A stretch of DNA of 33,569 bases from Priapulus caudatus (Eukaryota), in the NCBI RefSeq assembly GCF_000485595.1, contig NW_014577068.1, positions 1,283,761-1,317,329 of the forward strand, read 5' to 3'. Below are positions 1 through 11,007 of this stretch, in pieces; the first letter of the stretch is position 1, and every line of letters begins with the position of its first letter. Under the pieces are notes generated by a model. The model was not told where the DNA came from. It saw only the letters and a program-made list of their open reading frames with translations, and ran no database searches. The position numbers and the translations under genes are program-made.

Positions 1-374
1 TGTGGGCAAGATTGCATACGATTCGGAGTACATGCCAGCTTGTATTGTAGGTTGCGTGCTGCTTTATTTCCAGTATTGTAGATGTATTGGTAATAACATA
101 CATACTAAGAGATTAAAACAGAACGCTTGTATAATTTCTGCTATATATATAATACAGTGCTAAGTTGGCTGTTCAGTCGTGCGGCAGCAGGCGTGCTATG
201 GTATGTGCAAGGTTACATAATGCTAATGGAGTGTGTGCCAACATAGATTGATTGTATTTATAGGCTTAAAATGCGATATTAAAGTGGAAACCAGTAAGAA
301 CGATTCATTTCCGTGAACTCTCTCCCGTTTCTACGTTTTAAGCGAGCGACTAAATTCCCACGTTTCGCTGTAGT

Positions 375-393
375 TCTGCCTGTCTGTCTTTAC

Positions 394-431
<38 letters not shown>

Positions 432-432
432 A

Positions 433-483
<51 letters not shown>

Positions 484-662
484 GTGTCCCTCTGTCTGTT
501 TATCTGTCTCTATGTCTGTCTTTATGTCTATCTGTCTGTCTGTCTGTCTGTCTGCCTGTCTGTCTGTCTGAATGTATGTCTGTCTGTCTGTCTGTCTGCC
601 TATCTGTCTGTCTGTCTGTCTGTCTGTATGTATGTCTGTCTGTCTGTCTGTCTGTCTGTATC

Positions 663-707
<45 letters not shown>

Positions 708-764
708 ATGTATGTCTTTCTGTCGGTCTGTCGGCCCGTCTGTCTGTCTGTCTGTCTGTCTGCC

Positions 765-807
<43 letters not shown>

Positions 808-845
808 TTGCCGGTCTGTCCGTGCGCCCGTCCGTCCGTCCGCCT
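375..845. repeat. (TCTG)n tetranucleotide microsatellite, degenerating to (TCCG)n at the right end
   Basis: Directly visible TCTG iterations; explains the spurious CLSV-repeat ORFs at 313-997. Confidence 0.97.
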
Positions 846-3702
846 TTTTTCTGTCCGCATGCCTGCCTATACGCTTGCCTATACGCTGCCTATACTCTAT
901 CTACAACACATACAAAAACCGTGTGGTTAGAAGGGTGAGAGCCTGGAGAGCTTTCAGAAGGATAGTCTTTATGATAAACCATCGGAAACGTATGTAGCGA
1001 ATAGGCTTATCCGCTGTCCGTTTGATTTAACTTAATATTCTTTCTGTCAGAATTGGTATTAGTAATTAGTATCATTATACACACATGAAAGGATGAATTA
1101 TTGAAGTAAGTTATAATTATTCCTTGCTTCATAACCTGTGGGTTGCAATATTTTTTATTCACACTTGAATTAAATAATGTCTATATATTACTTTTGGTAT
1201 CAGAGGAAAATGTTCGGCGATTAGGAAGTCTCGAATATTTATGTGAAGTGGATTAACACAGAACACTGATTTTCTGTGGTCCGTTGCTGTGCGCTTGGTT
1301 ATGGGCCACACCCATTTTAACGTATGGGGGTGAGGGTAAATAATACAGTCCCTTTCTCGCTTGTGATCTCACTAGCAACAAAAATCAATTGGAGAAAGGT
1401 CCTCAGTCAATATCTATAATTTTTTCGCAGGGTCGGAGGAGTGGTGTATGTAAAGGGTCTGATCAATATCTCTGTGTGGGCAGCACCTTTTTGTTCAGCT
1501 TTATTTGTGGCTGTGCAGACACATGGCCGCCTGTGCTCTGTGTACATATATAGGTTGTGCCTGCCTGCCTACTCCAATCGCTGCTGCTCCTATTCATGTG
1601 CTGCGCTAACGGCGGCCGTTTGTAGACATAACTTTGTGACAGCCACCTCTCGGTTAAAAAGAGAGCAAAAAATATTCGCGTGAGTATTTGATGATCACCG
1701 TAGATTTTGTAAATAAAATTAACGGCGCTTTCGTTTTCCCACTGTTTAGTTTATACGTCCATGAGTATATATGCAAACAGTACTCGTAGAATCCGTACTC
1801 GAGCATGCTGATCGATAGGTAATGAAATTCAATAATACGTGCATGATACCTGTTTTAACAAAAACAAGGAATGTGTTTGGTGATTAACCGGCAATTTTGT
1901 GCACCTTGTTGAAAGGACATTGCAGCAGCATTTGCAAATATTATTTTTCTCGACCTCTTTTGATATTTCTCTTTTTTCGTAATAATATATATCTGTCTTA
2001 TTCCTCCTGTTATCCATTCCTATAAATGGTGAGTACGCCTAATATGTGTAAGCAGCCCTCTTCGTATGCTACTGGAGAAACAACCAATACATGGAAAATG
2101 CATTTACTCAGCAAAATCAGAGCACATACCCTGCAGCATGGGGTGTTCACTGTGTTGTGTATATAGTAATATATGACTAGATAGATAATGTAATAAAAAT
2201 GGTGTTATATTTTACGAGGGTGATGGTAAACCATAGATCTATACACGCCTCAACAATATCTGGAGTGAGAATGATATCAACAGAGGTGCATTTCGGTAAT
2301 TGATTGTTAAGGCAGAGGCACAACCTGAATTACATTGTGACTGCATGCGGTCTCCACCGGACCACTAGCTAGTCCAATCAACTGATATGAATTAAGCATT
2401 GTGAAGAATGCTTAGCTCTCACTTCGAGAATCAACACAAATCCTACTCAAATTCAATGCAGAATTTGTTACCTAAAAATAAACAAAGTTTTCGAAAAGGG
2501 CATCATATTAATCCCAGCCGAACTTTTAAACTCTAAAGTTATGATTTAGCTTGTTACCTAAAGTTGGTGTATCGCATTTCATTCAGTAACTCTTGTACCA
2601 TGACATTTTTGCCTAATCATAATGTTTGTGATGGTGTATAAATAAATCGTGTTTAATTTTTGTGTAAATGAGTAAATAAATAAATTAGTTCAAGCGAATC
2701 TCGAGTTGAAGTATAACACAGTGGTGCTCTGAACACTGCTTCTTCACTGCGTGCTTTTCCACGCATAACAATGAGTAAAAATCGTATTACTATTCAGTTT
2801 GAAGTTTGAACATAAAAGGCGTGTACTAGCTACCAATAGAAAATGAACACCAATTCTGCTCTGCGCTAATGATCAGTTGATGTGGTAATTATAGGAGTAT
2901 GTTCTCCCTAAAGTCTAAACCAGTCATTATATCAAATTAAAAGCAAATGATCCACCGATCTCAGTATTTGTTATAATAATTATCCTTGTATTGTATTGTA
3001 TAATAATTATCCTAAACTTCCACAGAGCAGTAATATAGTAGTTAGTAGTATATATATTGTGGTTCATGGCCAGTCCATATAGGCCAGATTTCACAAAATG
3101 GTAAATTTGTCTATTGGTTTCATTGTATTATGACTTAATAGCGAATAATTTGTGTTGCAAATTAATAAGACCCTTAAACCTTGATGCTCTGCCACTGCGA
3201 GTTGTCGACAAGTTATTGCTTCGATAATGAACGACTAGCTTATTGGAACTGCGATTACTGGGTATTTTTCTGCGTGTTTATCAACTGTGATTGTAGATCT
3301 TGGCAGCGTTCTCATTTCTGCTACCTTATTATTATTATTAAATCTTTATTGCATGAATTCAGATACAAATATATGTACTGACGATAGTTTTTTTCTTGTC
3401 GAAAAAATCGGATAAAAGCAATAGTGTTAAGTAGTTAAAATGATGACGGATACAGTACAATTACAATGCTATACAACATGAAGAAAAAATATATACACAA
3501 AATAAATAAAAAAATCTTCAGCATAATCTGTACTAGTAAAGTGATTAAGACAACATTACATGAAGAAAAAATAGATACCAGAAAAAAAACTTCAGCAGAG
3601 TCTATACAAGTATAGTGATTAAGGTACACTTTAACATTATTTTGGCACTCATACGTACACGATTATATACAAATAACATACATTACATATTCCATACACA
3701 TA

Positions 3703-3706
3703 CGCG

Positions 3707-3749
<43 letters not shown>
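3703..3749. repeat. (CG)n(CA)n microsatellite
   Basis: Directly visible. Confidence 0.95.
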
Positions 3750-3751
<2 letters not shown>

Positions 3752-3902
3752 ACATTAAAATAAATATAAACACTGATAAATGCAAGTGTTGAGTAGTTAA
3801 AATGATAAATTTTCTGAGTGATACAGTACAAAACAGTGCATATACAACATGAAGAAAAAATAGAAACCAGGAAAAAAAAACTTCAGCAAAGTCTGTACAA
3901 GG

Positions 3903-4189
3903 GGCCAAAACAAAATATAGGTGTGGTTACTGTTTCCCGACCGACCCTATTTATTTCCAGCGACCCTAAACTTTTATTGCTGTCCAATTTTTCTTTAAAG
4001 TAAAAAATAATAATAAATAAATAAATAAAATAATATGAATTGGACAGTTCCTGCTTCAAAAGATACAACGCACATTCCTTCGGACATGGTTCGTAAATAA
4101 ATATTTTATAGAAAATAAAATGTTTTCCCTACCTAACCTACCTATTTTTTCGGCAGTAACGGTAACCACACATATATTTTGTTTTGGCC
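3903..4189. mobile_element. MITE (287 bp), PIF/Harbinger (Tourist)-like
   Basis: ~27-bp TIRs: GGCCAAAACAAAATATAGGTGTGGTTAC (left) versus the reverse complement of GTAACCACACATATATTTTGTTTTGGCC (right), 1 mismatch. It is followed by TAA (4190-4192), and copy A shows the empty site CTAG|TAAAGTGA. The left TSD copy is not intact, so the superfamily is inferred. Confidence 0.85.
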
Positions 4190-4370
4190 TAAAGTGAAAG
4201 ACAACATGAAGAAGAAATAGATACCAGAAAAAAACGTCAGTAAAGTCTTTACAAGCAAAGTGATTAAGGTACCATTTCGACACTCATACGTACACCATTA
4301 TATACACATTACATATTACATATATATACGCACACAGACACACACATTTATATAAATATAGACACATATT

Positions 4371-5706
4371 CTATGGCTTCTATCTGCTATATGTTGTTAA
4401 AATTGTATTACATTTTTTATGTGCTAAGTGAAGGCTTTCTTTTTGTGTCTATTGGTAGTTTATTCTATTGGTTTATTGCCTCTTTAGTGAGAGAGTTGTG
4501 TCCATACATATTACTTGTTGTTATTTGTTTTAATTTAAGTGTCCTTGAATTTAATGTAATATTTGTCAGGTAAGGTAGGGGATTATTTCTAAGTGGTTTG
4601 TTTAGATGGTGGATGTATTTGTATATAAATATAAGTGTGTGGTATTTTAATTAAGTATTCGATTGGAGGTACTTTTAGTTCCTCTCTAGTTCTAGTAGCT
4701 GCTCCTGTCTATCTCTGTGATGTAGCGTTTTTGTGGGAATAACCTGTTATAATGCGTAGAGCATAATTCTGTAGTGTGTTTAGTCTATCTAAAGCTGATT
4801 TGGGGAGATTTATAAGCAGTGTAGATCCATATATGAGATGCGGCAGGCAGAGTGACGAGTATATTTGCAGCTTAAATGTGTTTGTGTGTAGTTGACCCCG
4901 TATCTGTCTGAGGAAGCTAATACTTGTACTCGTCTTGTCTGCTATGTAGTTACAGGGTTCGTAGCGGGTCTTCCTAAGTCTTATAAGTACTTATTTTGCC
5001 AAAAATAAAATAAGGGCCCTTATTAGTACTTATTTTTAGTGAAATCTTAGAAAAGTACTTAATAGTCCTTATTTTTAGCCAAAGGACTATTTTTCAACAT
5101 TGTTTTATAGACTGTTCTCGACTTAGAGTAAGAATTGTTGTATATATAATACGGAATAATTAAATCTGCTGTGCAATTGTGTATATAAATATTATTAGTG
5201 TACTTTAATAGTCGGTGATCTATCAGAAATCGAGTAAAAAAAGTCTTATTTTGGCCTCCAGAAAGGGTCTTATAAGTCCTTATTTCAACATGTGTCTTAC
5301 TACTATGAACCCTGAGTTAGTATAGTCATTCCACGTTAAATGCTGATCTATATACATACCTACACATTTTACTGTTCTCGATTGTGGTATCGAGTTGTTA
5401 CTTATTTCCAACTCAATTTTGTTAGTATCCTCAATTTTATTACTGTTGGGGCAAAATAGCATGAATTCTGTTTTGTCTGAGTTCATTTGTAAATTATGGT
5501 AATCGAATACAGGCCTGTTTAATTTTTTCCATATTTATTTGCAGTGTAATAACAGCTTCATTTGGATCTGAATTTGTGGCATATATACATGTATCATCAG
5601 CATATTGGGTCAGTTCACATTTTTCGAGTATGTTGGGTATATTGTTGATGTATATGCAGAATAGTAACGGACCCAGTAATGTCCCCTGCGAGACTCCTCT
5701 AACAAT
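4371..5706 (-). pseudogene. LINE ORF2 reverse transcriptase C-terminal relic (frameshifts, stops, MITE insertion)
   Basis: Manual minus-strand translation: IVRGVSQGTLLGPLLFCIYINNIP...QYADDTCIY...[frameshift]...MNSDKTEFMLF...VGMYIDQHLTWNDYTN[MITE]YIADKTSTSISFLRQIR...IYSSLCLPHLIYG...[frameshift]..LNTLQNYALRIITG...NMYGHNSLTKEAINQ*NKLP. This matches the non-LTR RT motifs GVPQGSxLGPLLF, YADD, LGxxxDxxLxW, LQxxAxRII and WNxLP, with W mutated to a stop at 4465-4467. Confidence 0.93.
4953..5314. mobile_element. Non-autonomous DNA transposon/MITE (362 bp) with CAGGG termini and 5-bp TSD (hAT5-like)
   Basis: TIRs CAGGGTTCGTAG / CTATGAACCCTG (11/12). Exact flanking duplication AGTTA at 4948-4952 and 5315-5319. 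About nine internal AAGT(A/C)CTTAT-like subterminal motifs. Removing it restores the LINE reading frame. Confidence 0.92.
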
Positions 5707-5712
5707 ATATCT

Positions 5713-5800
5713 TCATCAATATCATCATCATCACCACCATCATCATCGTCATCATCATCATCATCATCATCATCACCATCGTCATCATCACCATCATCAT
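5713..5800. repeat. (CAT)n trinucleotide microsatellite abutting the LINE 5' truncation point
   Basis: Directly visible; source of the poly-His and poly-Asp spurious ORFs. Confidence 0.95.
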
Positions 5801-7136
5801 CCCTTGGATGTGAGTGTGATTGTGTCACAATTTTTTTATTTGGGGGTTCTCTTGGTGTATAGAGGTTACAGCAGAGGATACAAAGGCCTAGGTTATCATG
5901 GCAGTTGGTCTGCACTGTTGTCTGTATGCTGCTGCTGTCGAGACACTTTAGAGATTTACATGAACACTAAACAGTGACAGAATTGACCACTGGTCAATTT
6001 TCTGTTAAGACAGGTGAATGTAGCGCTAATCCCGTGATTTTATATTAACTATATATTATTCGCGTGATTATTTAGGAAACGAATGTTAGGTACTTCTCCA
6101 GCTGCGTGGTATTTGAATTTAGGAAAGAACAACTCTGTATTTAAAGCCTTGTGAATATATATCTCGCAATATGACCAGATACATGTTCATGTTTATACGT
6201 TGTCCACATCTTATTTGATGTATTATTTGTGATAGCTATCATATGTGAAAGTCTATGGGCCGGGCCGTTAGATGATCTATTCCGGTATTTATTGTTATAT
6301 GCAATTTTAATAATAGGTAGTATGATTCTGTTGATTTACGAAAAGCGTTGACATTCTGTGCCAATATGATATAAGGATGTAAAGACGGTAGGTTGAATGT
6401 ACTGAAAGTTAAAAGAGCAGTGTTACTGTGTACCATTGACAGTACTTAGAAGTGGCGACGACGCTGAAATTATTTCCAAACTAGCACACGTTTTGTGCAG
6501 ATATAGAATCGCTACTCCTCCCCCCAGCATATCTGGCATTCTATAGCACACTCACTCTTTATTGTTCCGAAATATGACCATTATTTCAGTGGGCGATAGA
6601 CGTGGTAAAACCTAGGTTGTGGCAAAAACATACTAGCAGCACAGAGCCTTGCCCCATGGATTAACGAAGTTGTATTATAAAATTCTCGTTGGTATTGCTT
6701 TGAACACTAATCGTCCTGATGATGTTAGTTGATGATCTGATGATGTGTGCTGAAGCTTACGTCGTATTGCTGAGACACGTCTTAGTTATGCCCCACTCGC
6801 TCCTGGTCTGGGCTTACAAAGGAGTGCTCTTCGACCGGGACAAACCTCTTTGGCAATGCATAACCCAGAAAACTTAGCTACCAGCTCACTGTACAATTCA
6901 CACGTAGCACCCCATCATTGGAGACGTCTGATTAGTTGTTATACTTATAGGTTTTCTTAACGTAGTTTACACTGTGGAGCGCTATCTGGAGTTACTTAGA
7001 GTAACGTTGCGACTGCGCTCACGACCGTCTATGACTGAGTACAGGTATGTAAGGCAAAATCTCTCAAGCAGACTGCACAAATACAGACTGTTTATTTTCT
7101 GATAACAGCGGCTTTACAGATTCTTGAGGGGCCTAG

Positions 7137-7152
7137 TTATATATGTATATAT

Positions 7153-7189
<37 letters not shown>

Positions 7190-7385
7190 TGCGTGTGCGT
7201 GTGCGTGTGCGTGTGCGTGAGTGCGCGTGTGCGTGAGTGCGCGTGTGCGCGTGTGTGCGTGAGTGCATGTGTGCGCGCGTGTGTGTGTATGTGTTTGTAT
7301 ATATGTGCGCGTGCGTGTCTATATATGTGCGCCTGTGCGTGCGTGCGTGCGCCTGTGCGTGCGTGTATCTATGTGTTTGTGTGTA
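7137..7385. repeat. (TA)/(GT)n/(GTGC)n compound microsatellite
   Basis: Directly visible alternating purine-pyrimidine tract. Confidence 0.95.
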
Positions 7386-7592
7386 CTACGATAGCCCGCC
7401 CGCCCGCGGCCTAGTTCCGCGCCCGCGGCACACAGGGGCGGCACACACACACACACAGAGGCGGCGCCCCGGGCAGGCCGCTGAGTAGCTCCATGCCTAG
7501 CTCCCCTTCATGTGCCTCGAGTGGGTGGAGGAGCCGCGAGCACAGACAATGCAGCGAGGAGGACCCGCGATACGAGAGCAGGCCAATTATCG

Positions 7593-7602
7593 NNNNNNNN
7601 NN
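7593..7602. other. Assembly gap (10 N)
   Basis: Run of N. Confidence 1.
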
Positions 7603-9699
7603 AGATATAGATATATATGCAATATTGAATTGATTCCTGTTAATGGTATAACTTTGTTTGCTTGAAACAGTTAGATGCTAAAGACAGGATATAACTAACT
7701 CAGCAATGCTTATCTCTCAAATATAAAGAACAAATGAATAAAACAAATAATTCGACTATAATTTAGCCTTAATCTAGTAGCATAATAAGCATATATTCAA
7801 AATATTATGTTACAATAAGCGTTTGAATGCACTGAGTCTGTCTAAAAAATAGTAAAGATCTAGAAATAGAATTCTTAAATAGAATCTATATATAGAATTC
7901 TTAATAGAAATATAATTAAGAAATAGAAAATAAGTGGTCAAACTGGCGGTCAACTGGTTGTGACACCATAACATTCATAAAAAAAGTCAAAGTATCAGGG
8001 TGCTTCGGTCGTTGACGATACCACTTTACATACTTACTGCTGCGTATGTTGTTGAGTCAACGTAAGGTTGTCTCTCAGAGTGAAAGTGAGCGATATTCAA
8101 ATAATGAAGTGGAGTGCCCCCGGTAGAACAATTAATTTACCTCTATAGTTCTCAATTAATCTTTTGGTGCCCTTTGCTCAAATTTAACGTTGCTATCACT
8201 GTTACTATCACACGTCTTATTCGTGTTAGTAAAATACATTAAAAAAAACTGAAACGACAGGTCAGCACGTTTCTCTATGTCTATAACCCAAACATCCTCA
8301 TCTATAGTAAAAAATCGAGAAACTCGGGCACATTCCTGAGATTAGCAGACTTGTATGATGAGGGTCTATATATATATATATTATATTGCGCATGTGCTTC
8401 AAACCGCAAATGTGACCAGCATGTTATTGCATTCAAAAAGTGTATCGAACTAGTACACAGCAATTGCCAATTGTGTTTCAATATAAGTGCGTTTCGTGAT
8501 ATATTGCAGAATCTTTATTCTGTTGAGGTATTATGAACGAGTACAATTGTACAACTATTATTATTCCAAATAGTAATTATCTTTAAATGCGTGGCAAGTG
8601 GCAACCCAATTTTCACGTTATTGCGTACATTTATAATGAGTTTATGAGAAATAGTTTTGTGAATTTCGTGATGAGTTTATTATAGATATAAAGCGTGATG
8701 TCATCATTTATATTTATTCTAACTTTGAATGTGGGTGTGAGTAGCGATCGCGAATATGACGTGTGTAAGATAATGTAGTAAATCCCCCCCTCCCCACACA
8801 CACACCACCACCAAATTGTCCACACGCTGTTTATTCTGACATTGTCTGCATATGTCCTAAGATGTAATTATATATGAATGTCATTGTAAGTTTGTTAGGA
8901 CAGACTGATTAATAATCTTTAATGTTGTATACCTTTACCATTGTAAATAATTGAGGTGTACTATGTAGTTACAACAGGATTAGCTAAATGATTGTTATAG
9001 TAATTTGGAGATCCCTTGCATTCTCAGTTAGTTTAAACTGACAAGTTGTTGTATGACTCATTTAGAGATTTAGAAATTAGTTTGTGGGCGTTCGTTGCTT
9101 ACATTAGGTCTATAATACCCATTCTCCTATTTTATCAAATGTCTACTTTTTATTGAAGGGAGCTGTATAATGACAGAGACATAGGCAGATAATTGTGATG
9201 AACCTTTCACTTTTCTGATTATCTGGAACAAGTGATTAGTAAATCATCACGCTATTACCACGTTTTCATGCCGTACCACCTAAATGTTAACTAATGTAGC
9301 CAGTAATTAAGTTACCAAGCATAATCTGCCACAAAAGGCTAAGCATATAGTCTTGCTTGGAGCCATGACATGCATTTAGTGAAACAGAAAAAAATCCACG
9401 TGAAACTTTGTAAAATGTCGAACAGAGGAAATCAATTTACTAGCAGCAACAGAATTTATAGTATAGAGGTGATATCTAATCACATCACAAATTACATTCA
9501 CCATAACAAAACACCAATCAGTTTAAGTGTTCAGCGTCTTTGTGGTGGGCCCTGTGTCTATCTGTTCGTTGCTCATTCGTATCACTGATAATTTATCACA
9601 ATGAGTGTTCCCTTATAATGTGTAAAAATCTCCGTGCTTAGTGGCAATGTAGTGATCATTTTTTACGGCGTTTATTTCATTAGCAAGTCACATGTCATA

Positions 9700-10060
9700 T
9701 AGAATGTACATTGGAATGTGCACATAGGAGTGTGCATATAGCGGTATGCATACATAACAGTTTATACATAATACATTCACACAGCTGCATGTACATTAGA
9801 GAGTATATATAGCTGCATGCACGTACAAGTGTGCACGTAGCGGCATAATTATACTTCGCTGCATAGACAGACATAGCAGCATCTACCTCACTGCATGTAG
9901 CAGCCCAGCCTGCGCTTAGAAAGTACGTACATGACATCATGTCGACAGCAGCATGCATGGACGTTGCATTGCATAAATGCTCGTAATATTGTGTACGGAG
10001 CACCATGCGCATCCAAGCATGCAAGTAGCGACGTGCGCATAGCAGTATGTACAAGGCAGA
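9700..10060. repeat. Highly degenerate tandem repeat (CATAGCAGCATG / TGCACATAG-like motifs)
   Basis: Recurrent GCATG, GCACATAG, ACATAGCAGC and AGCTGCATG words; no clean period recoverable by eye. Confidence 0.55.
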
Positions 10061-10591
10061 ATACATTATTTGGAAGCCATCCTTCGTGAAGACCGTAAGT
10101 TCATATATATGCGAGCAGCCAGTGCGATAGTAGCTTTCTGCCACTTGCGACAAGTGATTCCAAGCTGTGCATGAGGTTTTGTCTGATCTTAATCTAAATG
10201 CTCTGACTATGCGTAATGATAGCATGATAGCAAGATGATCGTACAAAGAAGCAATTATCACGAAAGATTGGCTATTAATAGATGATCATACTCAACGTAT
10301 GAGATCCACTATGGCTGCCTATTGGCATATAATAGACTTGCTTGCTGGAAACAAGCTGTAGAATTTAAAACGCCCATAACATTCGCCATCTCACAGCCCC
10401 CACCCATTGTAATACACACGTGCTGACACAATAAAGTTGTCACATTGTATAGAATTATCACCTCTACATAAAACGTGGGTGTTGTAAACTTGTAATACAA
10501 GATTCTAAATATTGAAGGTTTGCCTGAAGGTTTCTTCTAGAACTATATGTAATAACACAGTACACAAAGGTGCAAGCTGTTGACGAATTCC

Positions 10592-11007
10592 ATACAGGAT
10601 CATATGTGCAATGGATGTATCCAATACCGGATCATATGTGCAGTGCATGTATCCAATACAGGATCATATGTGCAGTGGATGTATTCCATGATATAGGAGT
10701 AGATCTGCAGTGGATGTGTCACATATAGGATAAGATATGCAGTGGATGTATTCCGTGGAAATGGGAGCAGAGATCTACAGTGGATGTGTCACCACATACA
10801 GGATAAGATATGCAGTGGATGTATTCCATGGAAATAGGAGCAGATCTGCAGTGGAGGTGTCACATACGTGATAAGATATGCAGTGGATTTATTTCATGAT
10901 GTAGGAGCAGATCTGCAGTGGATGTGTCACATACAGGATAAGATATGCAGTGGATATATTCCATGATGTAGGAGCAGATCTGCAGTGGATGTGTCACATA
11001 CAGGATC
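10592..11007. repeat. Minisatellite, 32-37-bp monomers (12 full + 1 partial), mostly arranged as a ~67-bp dimer
   Basis: Core TGCAGTGGATG recurs. Alternating units ATACAGGATAAGATATGCAGTGGATGTATTCCATG / ATGTAGGAGCAGATCTGCAGTGGATGTGTCAC. Confidence 0.95.

Larger units (their letters stand above)
3411..4365. repeat. Tandem duplication of a ~364-bp unit (copy A 3411-3774, copy B 3775-4365), each with two ~75-bp sub-repeats
   Basis: Both copies run GATAAA.GCA..GTGTT.AGTAGTTAAAATGAT...ACATGAAGAAAAAATAGATACCAG...GTGATTAAGGTAC...CACTCATACGTACAC...(CA)n...TAAATATA.ACAC. Copy B is longer because of the MITE at 3903-4189. Confidence 0.9.
3326..5710 (-). mobile_element. 5'-truncated, decayed non-LTR retrotransposon (LINE, CR1 group, L2/Crack-like) including about 1 kb of putative 3'UTR
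   Basis: Minus-strand RT and C-terminal ORF2 motifs at 4371-5706. Minus-strand AATAAA (plus TTTATT 3345-3350) is followed by a (TAA)n tail (3326-3340), a typical CR1/L2-group 3' end. Assigning 3350-4370 to the 3'UTR is inference from position and orientation. Confidence 0.85.

Noticed and set aside
313..997. 205/176/141-aa CLSV-repeat ORFs
   Set aside because: Translation of a (TCTG)n microsatellite, open in all frames.
3378..3404. Hammerhead-like CTGACGA...CGAAA
   Set aside because: Stem II closing pair cannot form, and stems I/III with a cleavage triplet are not evident. Other CTGANGA sites (6717, 6737, 17263, 26576) lack a positioned GAAA.
5561..5578. Resemblance to the miR-10 3' half (GATCTGAATTTGTG)
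   Set aside because: No seed; lies inside the LINE RT relic.
5576..5977. Poly-His and poly-Asp ORFs
   Set aside because: Caused by (CAT)n plus off-frame or antisense reading of the LINE RT.
9695..10261. 188-aa minus-strand ORF
   Set aside because: Overlaps a degenerate purine-pyrimidine alternating repeat; C/M/Y/A/H-biased; no recognisable domain or splice context.
10592..11007. CRISPR-like repeat/spacer alternation
   Set aside because: The apparent spacers are themselves diverged copies of the same monomer.
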